In this document: positions 33,547 through 43,197 of the stretch, one piece after another | How positions within the stretch are numbered: position 1 is the stretch's first letter | Layout of the letters: each line of letters begins with the position of its first letter | NCBI GenBank assembly: GCA_963706595.1 | Contig: OY970166.1 | Location: forward strand, 2,400,001 to 2,464,000 | Direction: 5' to 3' | Length of the DNA stretch: 64,000 bases | Source: an uncultured cyanobacterium | GTDB lineage: Bacteria; Cyanobacteriota; Cyanobacteriia; Cyanobacteriales; Nostocaceae | Program-made: the position numbers and the translations under genes | Notes under the pieces: generated by a model | The model's input: only the letters and a program-made list of their open reading frames with translations | Databases searched by the model: none | Told to the model about the DNA's origin: nothing

Positions 33547-33867
33547 ATGAAAATTCTTTTTGATCAGGGAACTCCAGTACCACTACGAAAATATTTAACA
33601 GATCATTCTGTAACAACAGCTTATGAAGAAGGATGGTCTAATTTATCAAATGGAGATTTATTAAAAGCTGCTGAAAATAAAGGATATCAAATACTTGTTA
33701 CAACGGATCAGAATTTGCGTTATCAACAGAATTTGAGCGAACGTCAAATTACAATTGTAGTTTTACTGTCAACTTCATGGCCAAAAATTAGGACACAAGT
33801 TGATAAAATTTGTTCTATTATTAATAACACTGAATTTTGTGATTATAAAGAAATCACTATCATCTAG
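33547..33867 (+). CDS. PIN-like toxin (DUF5615/VapC45-like)
   Basis: MKILFDQG, ILVTTDQNLRYQQNL; 2 nt after the DUF433 gene. Confidence 0.85.
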   Translation: MKILFDQGTPVPLRKYLTDHSVTTAYEEGWSNLSNGDLLKAAENKGYQILVTTDQNLRYQQNLSERQITIVVLLSTSWPKIRTQVDKICSIINNTEFCDYKEITII

Positions 33868-33887
33868 TTCAATTTATTAAGGACTCC

Positions 33888-34003
33888 GGCGACTAGAAGT
33901 CACAGCTACACAGACAAAACCCGCCTACGCGGGTTAAATTTTTTTGGTTTTTCTTAGTCCGCATAGGCGGACTTGGTTTGTATAGCCGCGATTTCTAATC
34001 GCC
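33888..34003. repeat. Imperfect long inverted repeat (MITE/REP doublet)
   Basis: GGCGACTAGAAGTCACAGCTACACAGACAAAACCCGCC pairs with the reverse-complement copy GGCGATTAGAAATCGCGGCTATACAAACCAAGTCCGCC. Confidence 0.75.
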
Positions 34004-34062
34004 AGGGCTAGGTGCTACTTTTGATATTGCTAATTTTTCCATGTTATAGCATAAAGGAAACG

Positions 34063-35373
34063 ATGGATAAGAAAATTCTAATACTTGGTTCAAGTCAACA
34101 CTCATCTTTAGTTACTGCGTATGAATGGCATCAATTACCATTAGATTTAAATGTAGCTGGTTATGATATAGTTATTCTTAATTTTGTACCATTTATTGAT
34201 AAAACATATTCAGAAAAAATAGATTTAAGCTCCTTGCCGAAAATTTCACACTTTACAAGTCTTTTGTTCCATACTAAAAGTGAAATCCTAGTTATAGGAG
34301 ATCCTTCTACAAAGATTGGTAATTATACAAATTCTATGTCAATTGATTGGTGGCTACCAGTTGAATTTAAAATCAGCCCTAAATTCATCTCACATATTAA
34401 TATTGTGGATCATGATTTTGCTTATTATTTTCAACAAGTAAATACATCATTGTTTCAGCTAGATGGCACTTCAATCAAGCCAAATCTACAAGTTTATTTT
34501 AAAGTAACAAATGTAAATGTTGATGATTTTGAAGTAACAACATCTCCTATAGCTGAAACATCGGGTAAACAAGCAACAGGTTTTATATTAAAAATACAAG
34601 TTAAATATACTAACACTATTTATCATAAGGGAATACAAAAATCTAAAGAATCTGGAGAAATTATCTGGTTGCCTCCAACTACAAAGATATCAAATCATGA
34701 TGCTATAAATCTAATTTTATCTGAACGTTATGGTTTAAAAATAGAAGAAGTATTACCAATTTGGATAGAAAACTATAAACTTCCCAATCAAATCATTATT
34801 GAAGAAATAATATGCAATTATATTAATGAAATTAATAATTTAAAATCTAAATTGACCATAGAACAACAAAAATTAAAAGTTGAAAAACGCTATCATAAAC
34901 TCCTCTATGAACAAGGTGTAGATGGATTAGAACCTATTGTACGTGAGGTATTAAGAGAATTAGGTGCTACAGTAAATGACCCTATTAAGGGAGAAAATAG
35001 AGAAGATGGATTACTTGAAGACCCTACAGGTAGAGAAGCAATATTAGAAATTAAAGGTAGAACTAAATCTTTATCACTACAAGATGTACGCCAGCTAGAC
35101 CAATGGGTAAGAGATGCACTTTTTAGTGATAATCCAAAAGATAGAAAAGGTATAATTATCGCTAATATGTATTGTAATGTTTCCCTTGAACAGCGCAAAG
35201 AACCATTTCCAGCTAATTGTATTGACATGGCTAAACAAAACAAATATTGCTTATTGACTACAAGACAGCTTTATTATGCAATTTGTTTAAAGCAACAAAA
35301 TGAATTTCAAGAAACAGAATTTTGGGATACAATATTTAACACTGATGGTGTTTGTTCATTACCTGAGATTTAA
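34063..35373 (+). CDS. AT-rich hypothetical protein with coiled coil and C-terminal PD-(D/E)XK restriction-endonuclease-like domain
   Basis: LEPIVREVLRELG...REDGLL...AILEIKG...DVRQLDQW...KGIIIAN; ATG at 34063 with AAAGGA RBS. Confidence 0.75.
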   Translation: MDKKILILGSSQHSSLVTAYEWHQLPLDLNVAGYDIVILNFVPFIDKTYSEKIDLSSLPKISHFTSLLFHTKSEILVIGDPSTKIGNYTNSMSIDWWLPVEFKISPKFISHINIVDHDFAYYFQQVNTSLFQLDGTSIKPNLQVYFKVTNVNVDDFEVTTSPIAETSGKQATGFILKIQVKYTNTIYHKGIQKSKESGEIIWLPPTTKISNHDAINLILSERYGLKIEEVLPIWIENYKLPNQIIIEEIICNYINEINNLKSKLTIEQQKLKVEKRYHKLLYEQGVDGLEPIVREVLRELGATVNDPIKGENREDGLLEDPTGREAILEIKGRTKSLSLQDVRQLDQWVRDALFSDNPKDRKGIIIANMYCNVSLEQRKEPFPANCIDMAKQNKYCLLTTRQLYYAICLKQQNEFQETEFWDTIFNTDGVCSLPEI

Positions 35374-35391
35374 GTTTAATCAAATCTTCTT

Positions 35392-35447
35392 CTTTGCGTC
35401 TTTGCGCCTTTGCGTGAAACCAATCCATATCTTAATTCAGCAACGCC
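35392..35447. repeat. Right half of the MITE-like element seen complete at 38075-38186
   Basis: CTTTGCGCCTTTGCGTGAAAC.AATCCATATCTTAATTCAGCAACGCC shared. Confidence 0.8.
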
Positions 35448-35481
35448 GAAATAATAAATTACAGATGTAGACGCAAAGTCA

Positions 35482-36522
35482 CTACTCTATACTCAAAATA
35501 TCTCTGTGCATTAAAGCGCGATCTACTAAAGATTGAATTTGGTCAGATGATAGCGGATCACCATTGGCATAATGTTCTATCCAAGTTTTACTAATTAGAT
35601 TGGGGTCATCTGGTAAACTGGCTAAATCCCACCCAGGCATTTGTAAATCTTCCATGAGCCGATTTACTTTGGGGTCATAACTGAGGGCGAAACAGCGACA
35701 ACCTTCAGCCGCAGCCATGATTAAGCTGTGCAGACGCATCCCAATTGCCATTTCTACACCTTTATAGACACCTTTTAATAATTGCGGGTCTTCTAAAAGC
35801 AGAATTTTACTGACATCTTTTAATTGGGGTTGAATCGCTTCGGCGATCGCTAAATCTTCACTCTTCTGAAATGGCAACAGCAAAATAAAGGCTTGGGTCG
35901 CTTTCTGGAAGTCTACTAAAGCACGAGTCAGGTTAGCTAAACGTTTTTCAGTCAGTTGGGGATGATTCCTCAGAGTCACAGCAACTCTCGGCGCTGGTAA
36001 ATCCCAAAGTCCTGGGACTGGCTTACTTTCTAACGCCCAAACTGGGTCAGGCGCAAGTAAACAAGGAATTTTCCAATCATTCAATAAAGCAGCGCTAGAG
36101 CGATCGCGCACACTAACTCTGCTACAATATCCGAAGGAGTGTTGTGCCAATAGGCGAGTTTGAGGACGAACTAAGGGACCGATACCTTGCGCCCAAGCTA
36201 CAGTTTTCAAACCCATTTTCTGAGCCAATATCATCAGCCCCCCATAATAAAATGGACTAATGGTACTGGTGACATCTTGAATTAAACTTCCTCCGCCCCA
36301 AATGAAAGTATCGCAAGAACGCAGAGCTTGGATTACAGGTAAAATCTTCATGCGGTTGTGAGATTCCACACCATAGCGATCGCGCGTTTGTTCTGGATTC
36401 CCAGAAAGCACCACAGGGGTCACATCAGGTGGTAACATTTGCAAAAGCGTCGCCAATAAAGCCTCGTCACCACCATTACCTTTACCGTAATACCCAGACA
36501 ATAACGCCCGCATCTTTGCCAT
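35482..36522 (-). CDS. csaB: Polysaccharide pyruvyl transferase
   Basis: GYYGKGNGGDEA, GGGSLIQD, AQGIGP, MRLHSLI. Confidence 0.93.
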   Translation of the reverse strand: MAKMRALLSGYYGKGNGGDEALLATLLQMLPPDVTPVVLSGNPEQTRDRYGVESHNRMKILPVIQALRSCDTFIWGGGSLIQDVTSTISPFYYGGLMILAQKMGLKTVAWAQGIGPLVRPQTRLLAQHSFGYCSRVSVRDRSSAALLNDWKIPCLLAPDPVWALESKPVPGLWDLPAPRVAVTLRNHPQLTEKRLANLTRALVDFQKATQAFILLLPFQKSEDLAIAEAIQPQLKDVSKILLLEDPQLLKGVYKGVEMAIGMRLHSLIMAAAEGCRCFALSYDPKVNRLMEDLQMPGWDLASLPDDPNLISKTWIEHYANGDPLSSDQIQSLVDRALMHRDILSIE

Positions 36523-36563
36523 GTTAAATTGATAATTTTAAATTACTGAATTTTTATTTACTT

Positions 36564-36911
36564 ATGCACGCTCTTTCTATTCCCACCTGGATTATTCACG
36601 TTTCTAGCGTTATTGAGTGGATTGTCGCCATTTGGTTAATCTGGACTTACGGCGAACTCACTGGTAATCGCACATGGTGGGGATTATCTCTAGCCATGTT
36701 ACCAGCTTTAGTGAGTGCGATGTGTGCCTGTACTTGGCATTATTTCGACAATCCTGCATCTTTAGAATGGTTGGTAACGCTGCAAGCTGCAATGACATTA
36801 ATTGGTAATTTTACACTTTGGGCAGCTGCGGTATTGATTTGGCGTTCCACAAAACCAGAAGATATTACAACCAAGACAGTTACAGCCCAACCGATGGAAT
36901 CAAAATCATGA
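36564..36911 (+). CDS. DUF2499 (Ycf49-like) membrane protein
   Basis: ALSIPTWIIHVSSVIEW, ACTWH. Confidence 0.85.
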   Translation: MHALSIPTWIIHVSSVIEWIVAIWLIWTYGELTGNRTWWGLSLAMLPALVSAMCACTWHYFDNPASLEWLVTLQAAMTLIGNFTLWAAAVLIWRSTKPEDITTKTVTAQPMESKS

Positions 36912-37201
36912 TCTCGAAAGAAACCCTATTTGTGCTTTCTTTATTTCCCTATTTGGGTTTCTTGTGGTTTATTCGCCGTAGTCCCCAAATGCCACGTTTA
37001 GCCCTATATGGATTTTACGGCACGCTGGTATTTGTTGCCATTACCATCCCGGCGGCAATTTACGCGCAATTGCATTATGGTGTTTCTTTGGCTGATGTAG
37101 ATTGGTTACACGGAGGCGCAGAAATATTTTTAACCTTTGCTAACATTCTGCTGGTGGTGGGTTTCGCCCAAGCCATTAGGGAGTTAAAAATGAAAAATTA
37201 A
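36908..37201 (+). CDS. DUF3593 membrane protein
   Basis: LF.LSLFPYLGFL, LADVDWLHGGAE; ATGA overlap with the upstream gene. Confidence 0.82.
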   Translation: MISKETLFVLSLFPYLGFLWFIRRSPQMPRLALYGFYGTLVFVAITIPAAIYAQLHYGVSLADVDWLHGGAEIFLTFANILLVVGFAQAIRELKMKN

Positions 37202-37293
37202 ACGCAGATGAACGCCGATAAACGCGGATAAATTTAGATGTTTAATTATTTGAGTTGACTTTTTTGGTTTTTTGTAGTAATGGGAATAAATAA

Positions 37294-38064
37294 ATGGATG
37301 TGATTCCAGCTATTGATTTATTAGAAGGTCGCTGTGTCAGACTATATCAGGGAGACTACGAGCGATCGCAAGTTTTTAGTGAAAACCCAGTAGAAATTGC
37401 TAAACAATGGGTTGACCAAGGTGCGACCAGATTACATTTAGTTGATTTAGATGGTGCAAAAGCCGGTAAAGTAGTAAATTTAAAGGCAATTGAAGCGATC
37501 GCTCAAGCGATATCTATACCCATTGAAATTGGTGGAGGATTGCGCGATCGCATCAGCGTACAACAAGTGTTTAATTTAGGAGTACAGTGGGCAATTCTGG
37601 GGACTGTAGCCGTAGAACAACCCCAATTAGTCCAAGAACTCTGTCAAGAATTTCCCGAAAAGATTATCATAGGGATAGATGCGCGTAACGGATTAGTCGC
37701 AACTCGTGGTTGGTTAGAAACCTCCGAAGTTTTAGCAACCCAACTAGCCGTACAAATGCAAGAATTAGGTGCAGCAGCCATCATCTACACAGATATTCAC
37801 CGTGACGGTACACTCATCGGTCCCAACCTAGAAGCCTTAAGAGAACTTGCGAGTGCAATATCCATTCCCATTATTGCCTCCGGGGGAGTCAGTTCTGTCA
37901 CCGATTTATTGAGTCTATTAGGCTTAGAAATGCAAGGCGTAAAAGGCGTAATAGTCGGTAAAGCCTTATATACTGGCGATATTTCCCTCAGAGAAGCACT
38001 CCGCGCCATCGGTCCCGGACGCATTCAAGATATTCCTCCCAATTTAGACTCCAGTTTTGCTTAA
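37294..38064 (+). CDS. hisA: ProFAR isomerase
   Basis: [36 protein letters not shown]. Confidence 0.97.
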   Translation: MDVIPAIDLLEGRCVRLYQGDYERSQVFSENPVEIAKQWVDQGATRLHLVDLDGAKAGKVVNLKAIEAIAQAISIPIEIGGGLRDRISVQQVFNLGVQWAILGTVAVEQPQLVQELCQEFPEKIIIGIDARNGLVATRGWLETSEVLATQLAVQMQELGAAAIIYTDIHRDGTLIGPNLEALRELASAISIPIIASGGVSSVTDLLSLLGLEMQGVKGVIVGKALYTGDISLREALRAIGPGRIQDIPPNLDSSFA

Positions 38065-38074
38065 GGCGCTTCTA

Positions 38075-38186
38075 GCCGTTGCTGAATCAAAGTATGAAAT
38101 ACCAAAATAACCTTTCTTCTTCTTCGTACCTTTGCGCCTTTGCGCCTTTGCGTGAAACAAAATCCATATCTTAATTCAGCAACGCC
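38075..38186. mobile_element. MITE-like element with terminal inverted repeats
   Basis: Left end GCCGTTGCTGAATCAAAGTATG; right end (rc) GGCGTTGCTGAATTAAGATATG. Confidence 0.7.
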
Positions 38187-38308
38187 CGCTTCCACAAAAA
38201 AACGCCATAAAAGCCCTCCGTTCCGCATTTCTCTGCGTCCTCCCTCCGGGTTCGCCAAGTTCTCACTGCGTCTCTGTGGTTCGTTCCTCTTCATTGGATA
38301 ATACAGCC

Positions 38309-38872
38309 GTGACAGTAACATCAACCAACATTCCCCAATCGGTTTTTCGTCTGTCTCCGTTAATTCGGATCACACTACTGAGTCTATATATAGCACTCAC
38401 AGTCCCATTACCATTTTTAGCCCAAGCAACAGACGCACCAGTACCGCCGAAATTCTTGTGGATAGGAATTAGTATAGGCTTTATCGGCTTATATGCAGTC
38501 TTAACCGAGCGAGTCATAGTCGATGACCAAAGCATTCAAGTTACATACCCGGTCTGGGTTCCCCGCTTTTTTCGCAAAGGTTGGACATTACCTTGGTTAG
38601 ATGTCAAAGAATTAAAACCCCGTTCCACAGGTCAAGGTGGACTGGTGTATTATTTTCTCAGTCAAGATGGCAAAGCGTATTTATTACCAATGCGTGTAGC
38701 CGGATTTTCCCGGTTAGTAAAAATAGTCGAAACAAAAACAGGCATAAATACCACAGATGTACGTCCCTTAGCACAACCGTGGATGTACTTAATTTTGTTA
38801 GGATTCACCCTGCTGCTGTTATTAATAGATGCTTGGACTATCATCACAGCATTAGGGATTTCTCAAACGTAA
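38309..38872 (+). CDS. Conserved cyanobacterial membrane protein
   Basis: FRLSPLIRITLLSLY, TGQGGLVYYF, LLPMRVAGF; start uncertain. Confidence 0.78.
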   Translation: MTVTSTNIPQSVFRLSPLIRITLLSLYIALTVPLPFLAQATDAPVPPKFLWIGISIGFIGLYAVLTERVIVDDQSIQVTYPVWVPRFFRKGWTLPWLDVKELKPRSTGQGGLVYYFLSQDGKAYLLPMRVAGFSRLVKIVETKTGINTTDVRPLAQPWMYLILLGFTLLLLLIDAWTIITALGISQT

Positions 38873-38940
38873 ATCAAATATAGCCTTTCCTTCTTTCCTT
38901 CTTTCCTTTGTGTACTTTGCGTCCTTTGCGGTTCGTTCCT

Positions 38941-39712
38941 TTGGAGAATCAAACTAAAACAGCCCAACTAAGACTAGAACAAATTAACTTATCAGCCAAG
39001 CTGAAAGCCCAGCTTCAGGGATACCCCATATTACAGGATATCTCCTTCGAGGTATTTCCAGGCGATCGCATTGTCATAGTCGGACACCTCCGGTGCTGGT
39101 AAAACCTCATTACTGCGCCTAATTAACCGCCTCACTGAACCCACCAGAGGCAAAATTTATCTAGAGAATCAGGACTATAGCCAAATCCCGACTCTACAGC
39201 TACGCCAGGAGATAACACTGGTATTACAAGAATCCAAACTGTTAGGGATGACAGTCCAGCAAGCTTTAGCTTATCCTTTAGTTTTGCGTGGTGTACCTCA
39301 ACAGACAATTCAACAAAGAATTGCTGACTCGATAGAACAACTGCAAATTCCTAGTGAATGGTTGGGAAGGACAGAATTACAACTTTCTGTAGGACAACGA
39401 CAATTAGTAGCGATCGCGCGGGCTTTAATTATCCAACCAAAAGTTTTATTATTAGATGAGCCAACATCTGCCTTAGATGCTGGAACATCTGCCAATGTTA
39501 TGCAAGTCTTAACTCAGCTAACTCAAACTCATCAAATCACAATTTTGATGGTAAATAACCAGCTTGAATTAGCCCAGGTATTCTGCACCCGGTTATTATA
39601 TTTACAACAAGGTCAATTACTCACAAATCAAGCCGCCTCTGAAATTAATTGGACTAACTTACGAGAACGCTTGATACAAGCCCAAACCCAAGCCGCCGAA
39701 GAATGGATTTAG
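38941..39712 (+). CDS. ABC transporter ATP-binding protein, +1 frameshift at ~39086
   Basis: Removing one A restores the Walker A GPSGAGKTS; LSVGQRQ and LLLDEPTSALD downstream. Confidence 0.85.
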
Positions 39713-39792
39713 TCAAATTAAAAATTAAGATTCAAACAGAAGAATCCACCTGGGGAATTTTGCACTTTGAATTTTAATTCATTTTACTCCTA

Positions 39793-40563
39793 TTAAGACC
39801 TTTGAGTACTAACCGTAGAGCGTTGAGGACTGATTCTTTCTTGAGTTAACTTGGCTGGTGACTGCGGAACATTGGGTTTTAGACTTTCCATGTTAAATCT
39901 ATATCCCACATTCCGGATAGTTTGAATCAAACTGGGTTGACGAGGGTCAAGTTCAACTTTTTTTCGTAGTGATAAAACATGAGTATCAATAGTGCGGGGA
40001 TTATCAATCGCATCAGGCCAAGCACGACGCAGTAATTCCGACCGACTCAGAGGCACTCCGCCAGCCTGTGCCAAAACGTACAGTAAACTGAACTCTTGCG
40101 GCGTTAAATCAATAAACTCACCTTGGAATCGAACTCGGCGCTGGACTAAATCAATTTGCAAACTGCCATAATCCAAATAAGCTGGTGCAGTAGGCGTGCG
40201 TCTGCGGCGAATTAGTGCTTCTACCCTAGCGAGAAACTCTTGCATTCCAAAAGGTTTGCTTAAATAGTCATCAGCACCCGCCTTTAAACCTGCGACAATA
40301 TCAGCCTCATTACTACGAGCTGATAACATCAAAATTAAAGGCTGTTGCTGACGATGCAACCAACGACAAAACTCAATCCCATCACCATCAGGCAAATCGG
40401 CATCAAGAATTACCAGTGTTGGTTGTTGACTCAAAAACACTTCCCTTGCTTGATAAATGCTGGCGGCTTGATGCACACGGTATTCCAACTGCTGCAAGTG
40501 CCATCCCAGCAACGACCTTAGATGGGGATTTCCCTCAACGATTTCAATACAAACCGAACCCAC
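39793..40563 (-). CDS. nrrA: OmpR-family nitrogen-regulated response regulator NrrA
   Basis: Receiver + winged helix; MGSVCIEIVEGNPHLRSLLGWHL N-terminus; canonical NtcA promoter upstream. Confidence 0.85.
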   Translation of the reverse strand: MGSVCIEIVEGNPHLRSLLGWHLQQLEYRVHQAASIYQAREVFLSQQPTLVILDADLPDGDGIEFCRWLHRQQQPLILMLSARSNEADIVAGLKAGADDYLSKPFGMQEFLARVEALIRRRRTPTAPAYLDYGSLQIDLVQRRVRFQGEFIDLTPQEFSLLYVLAQAGGVPLSRSELLRRAWPDAIDNPRTIDTHVLSLRKKVELDPRQPSLIQTIRNVGYRFNMESLKPNVPQSPAKLTQERISPQRSTVSTQRS

Positions 40564-40595
40564 AGTGGCAAAACCCCTTAGCGTCGATGAATTTT

Positions 40596-40637
40596 AAAGT
40601 AACAAGCCCATGCTCAAGGTTTTGTAGCCATTGTTAC
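40596..40637 (-). promoter_or_regulatory. NtcA-activated class II promoter
   Basis: Minus strand GTA-ACAATGGC-TAC, N22, TACTTT (TAN3T). Confidence 0.88.
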
Positions 40638-41121
40638 TTCCATTGCGATTAGCTATACATTACCTCATCGTAAAAGCAACAAAATCCTGCACTGATGCCT
40701 TGCCCAAAGCTGAATTAGTAATATTCTTTAATATATTCTTAAATTTTTGTTAGACTTATAAAAAAGTCTTTTTGGTTCAACATCCTCCCTCAGAGGGGTG
40801 TAGCTAACCAATAAACTATCACTAGTCAGGGTAAGCTTTACTTCAGCTTTATTGTGCCATCGGATTAAATTTGGGAAAAATTTATGACCGTATCCGCCAA
40901 TAAATTCGCGCAGTTTACACAAAGAATCATAAAAATATCTGGCCAAACGAACATATTCCAGATTTTATGGAATAGGATAGAATCACGTTGTACCTTCAGG
41001 AGGATCTAGCCTACGGTAGATTTCTTGTCCTTGAGTTGAAGCGAAGAAAGTGAAAATAACACTTCACATTTCGGCGTGAATCGTTTACAATTCTCATTCT
41101 AAAGAGATTAATATAGCAGTT

Positions 41122-41376
41122 ATGCTCCAAGACACACAAACCATCCGCTATTACCAACGAATTACTGATGCCTTCATCGAGTTATGGAATCGCGGTTATC
41201 GGACGGACGATATGCGGATGTATTTGGATGGGTATTTAGCCGCACTGCGACAAAGCAACGCTATTGAGCCTATACTGATTCATCGCTTAGAAGAGGAAGC
41301 TAGCCGCTACCTCTACGATTCATCAAATTTTGTTATGACTCAAACTCAAACGCAGGCGCAACTTGATTACTATTAA
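41122..41376 (+). CDS. Conserved small cyanobacterial protein (DUF6761-like)
   Basis: IRYYQRITDA, LDGYLAALR, IHRLEEE. Confidence 0.8.
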   Translation: MLQDTQTIRYYQRITDAFIELWNRGYRTDDMRMYLDGYLAALRQSNAIEPILIHRLEEEASRYLYDSSNFVMTQTQTQAQLDYY

Positions 41377-41557
41377 TGCCTTTTACTCGGTCATTTATTT
41401 ACAGTAACCATTAGACCAACGCTGATGATTATAGCATATCATTTGCCCCGGTCAAGGGTTTAGTGGTGTGAAATTTTGGAGATATATTATTTATAAAAGT
41501 ATCCCCTCTGCCCGGTTTTGGTTTTGCCAACTCGGAGGAGGGGATTTTTTCAGGAGA

Positions 41558-41881
41558 TTAGGAAGCTAGTGCTACTTCTACTAATTGCTGCAATTCGCCT
41601 TTTTGGTAAAGTTCAATCAGGATATCTGAACCACCGACGAATTGACCGTCAATATACACTTGGGGAATTGTCGGCCAGTTGGAATATTCTTTAATGCCCT
41701 GACGAATATCAGAGTCGGAGAGAACGTCAACTGTTTCAAAAGGAACTGCTAAGGTGTTGAGAATCTGCACAACATTGTTGGAGAAACCACACTGAGGCAT
41801 CAGTTTGTTTCCCTTCATGAAAACCATGATTTTGTTTTGTTGTAACAAATTATCAATTTTTTCTTTGGTTTCTGGAGTCAT
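41558..41881 (-). CDS. grxD: Monothiol glutaredoxin Grx4
   Basis: CGFS, WPTIPQ, GGSDI. Confidence 0.96.
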   Translation of the reverse strand: MTPETKEKIDNLLQQNKIMVFMKGNKLMPQCGFSNNVVQILNTLAVPFETVDVLSDSDIRQGIKEYSNWPTIPQVYIDGQFVGGSDILIELYQKGELQQLVEVALAS

Positions 41882-41960
41882 GGACTTTTTGTTTCCTATG
41901 TTGCTAATAGCCGAAATGTCAATAGTCAGTTTTTCAGTTAAACTTGAGACTTATTGATTT

Positions 41961-42218
41961 TTAAGAAGCTGCTGTTGCTTGCCAAGCTTCGGGGGTATAC
42001 GTTTTGACAGCCAAGGCATGAATCGCTTCAGTTGACATAGCTTGCCGCAAAGCACCATAAACTAACTGGTGTTGTTGTACCAGTCCCTTATCGGCAAACT
42101 GCGATGAAACTACTGTCACTTGATAGTGGTCTCCGCCACCAGTCAAGTCTTGCACCTGAATTTGGGCATCTGGGAGTTCCGCCTTGATCATTTCCTCAAC
42201 CTGCTGCGGATTAATCAT
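41961..42218 (-). CDS. bolA: BolA family protein
   Basis: GGDHY, QHQLVY, IHAL; adjacent to grxD. Confidence 0.93.
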   Translation of the reverse strand: MINPQQVEEMIKAELPDAQIQVQDLTGGGDHYQVTVVSSQFADKGLVQQHQLVYGALRQAMSTEAIHALAVKTYTPEAWQATAAS

Positions 42219-42427
42219 CGCAATTCCTGAAAAAACTTACTTTTCTATTATTAACAGATAACAGATAGTTGCTATGCAACGTATGCCTGGACAAAACCCT
42301 TGTTAACTTCAGGTTTTGGACAAGCGCACGCTAAACGCGCTATGAGTCGCATAGTTGGCTAAAACTAACCTTTGCTAGCTAATTCCATCTTAGCATTTGG
42401 GCTTTCCAGCCAGATGTGCAGAATTGA

Positions 42428-43024
42428 TCAATTTTGGGATGAACTACCACTTGGTCTGGGGAAGGGTGCATCCACAAAACCCAATTCAAATAACTGCTGA
42501 TAGGCTTTCTTACCTAAATCCCGTGTGGGGTTTTGACTCTTAATAATCTGAACTAACAACGGGACGGCTAATTCTGGCTGATTTTGCGCTCGATGTACCA
42601 GTGCTAACTGATAGGTGGCTTCGTCGCGCTTTTGGGCGGTTTCTAAAGCTTTTTGACGCTGGGAATCGGAAACTCTCGTATCAATTCCTGTAAAGCTAGC
42701 GTTTAATTCTTGATAAAAATTAGATAATTGATTATAAACTTGACGGGCATCTTGGAGCTTCTTAGCTGCTAAGGGGTAGTTTTGAGCAGAAACGGCTTGA
42801 TCTGCCTCTTCCATCAGCCGTTGACCTCCCGCTATACTCAAAACGCTATTATTTTGGGCTGTAGGACGGAGAGTGTTGGGATCGTTGGGGTCAATGATTT
42901 GTACTTGACTATACATGGTGGGTAGTTTTTGTACCTGAGCATTGACTGGTGATAGCAGGCTAATAACTGCTATGAATGATAAGGAAGTCAGGCTAATGAA
43001 AGGGGGAACGGCGGCAGATTTCAT
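42428..43024 (-). CDS. Conserved exported helical hypothetical protein
   Basis: Signal peptide from MKSAAV; NQLSNFYQEL, PELAVPLL; start probably 43024. Confidence 0.75.
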   Translation of the reverse strand: MKSAAVPPFISLTSLSFIAVISLLSPVNAQVQKLPTMYSQVQIIDPNDPNTLRPTAQNNSVLSIAGGQRLMEEADQAVSAQNYPLAAKKLQDARQVYNQLSNFYQELNASFTGIDTRVSDSQRQKALETAQKRDEATYQLALVHRAQNQPELAVPLLVQIIKSQNPTRDLGKKAYQQLFELGFVDAPFPRPSGSSSQN

Positions 43025-43197
43025 GGGGTCAAGTATTGCGACAACTAGATAGAAAAGGAATGGAAACTTCGGGTATCTTAACTCTGTTTTTGTCTTTAAC
43101 AAAACAAAGTGACATACTGAAGTTTCTCTGATTGAGACTGAAATTTGTGGTAATAGAGTTCCCATTGCTTGTGTATACCAACTAACTCAAATCGCCC

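Noticed and set aside
32926..35480. Prophage or integrative element at tRNA-Pro
   Set aside because: No integrase and no duplicated tRNA 3' end were found.
42320..42352. Possible second SDR5-like insert (GCGCACGCTAAACGCGCTATGAGTCGC)
   Set aside because: The flanks do not cleanly regenerate HIP1; too degenerate to call.
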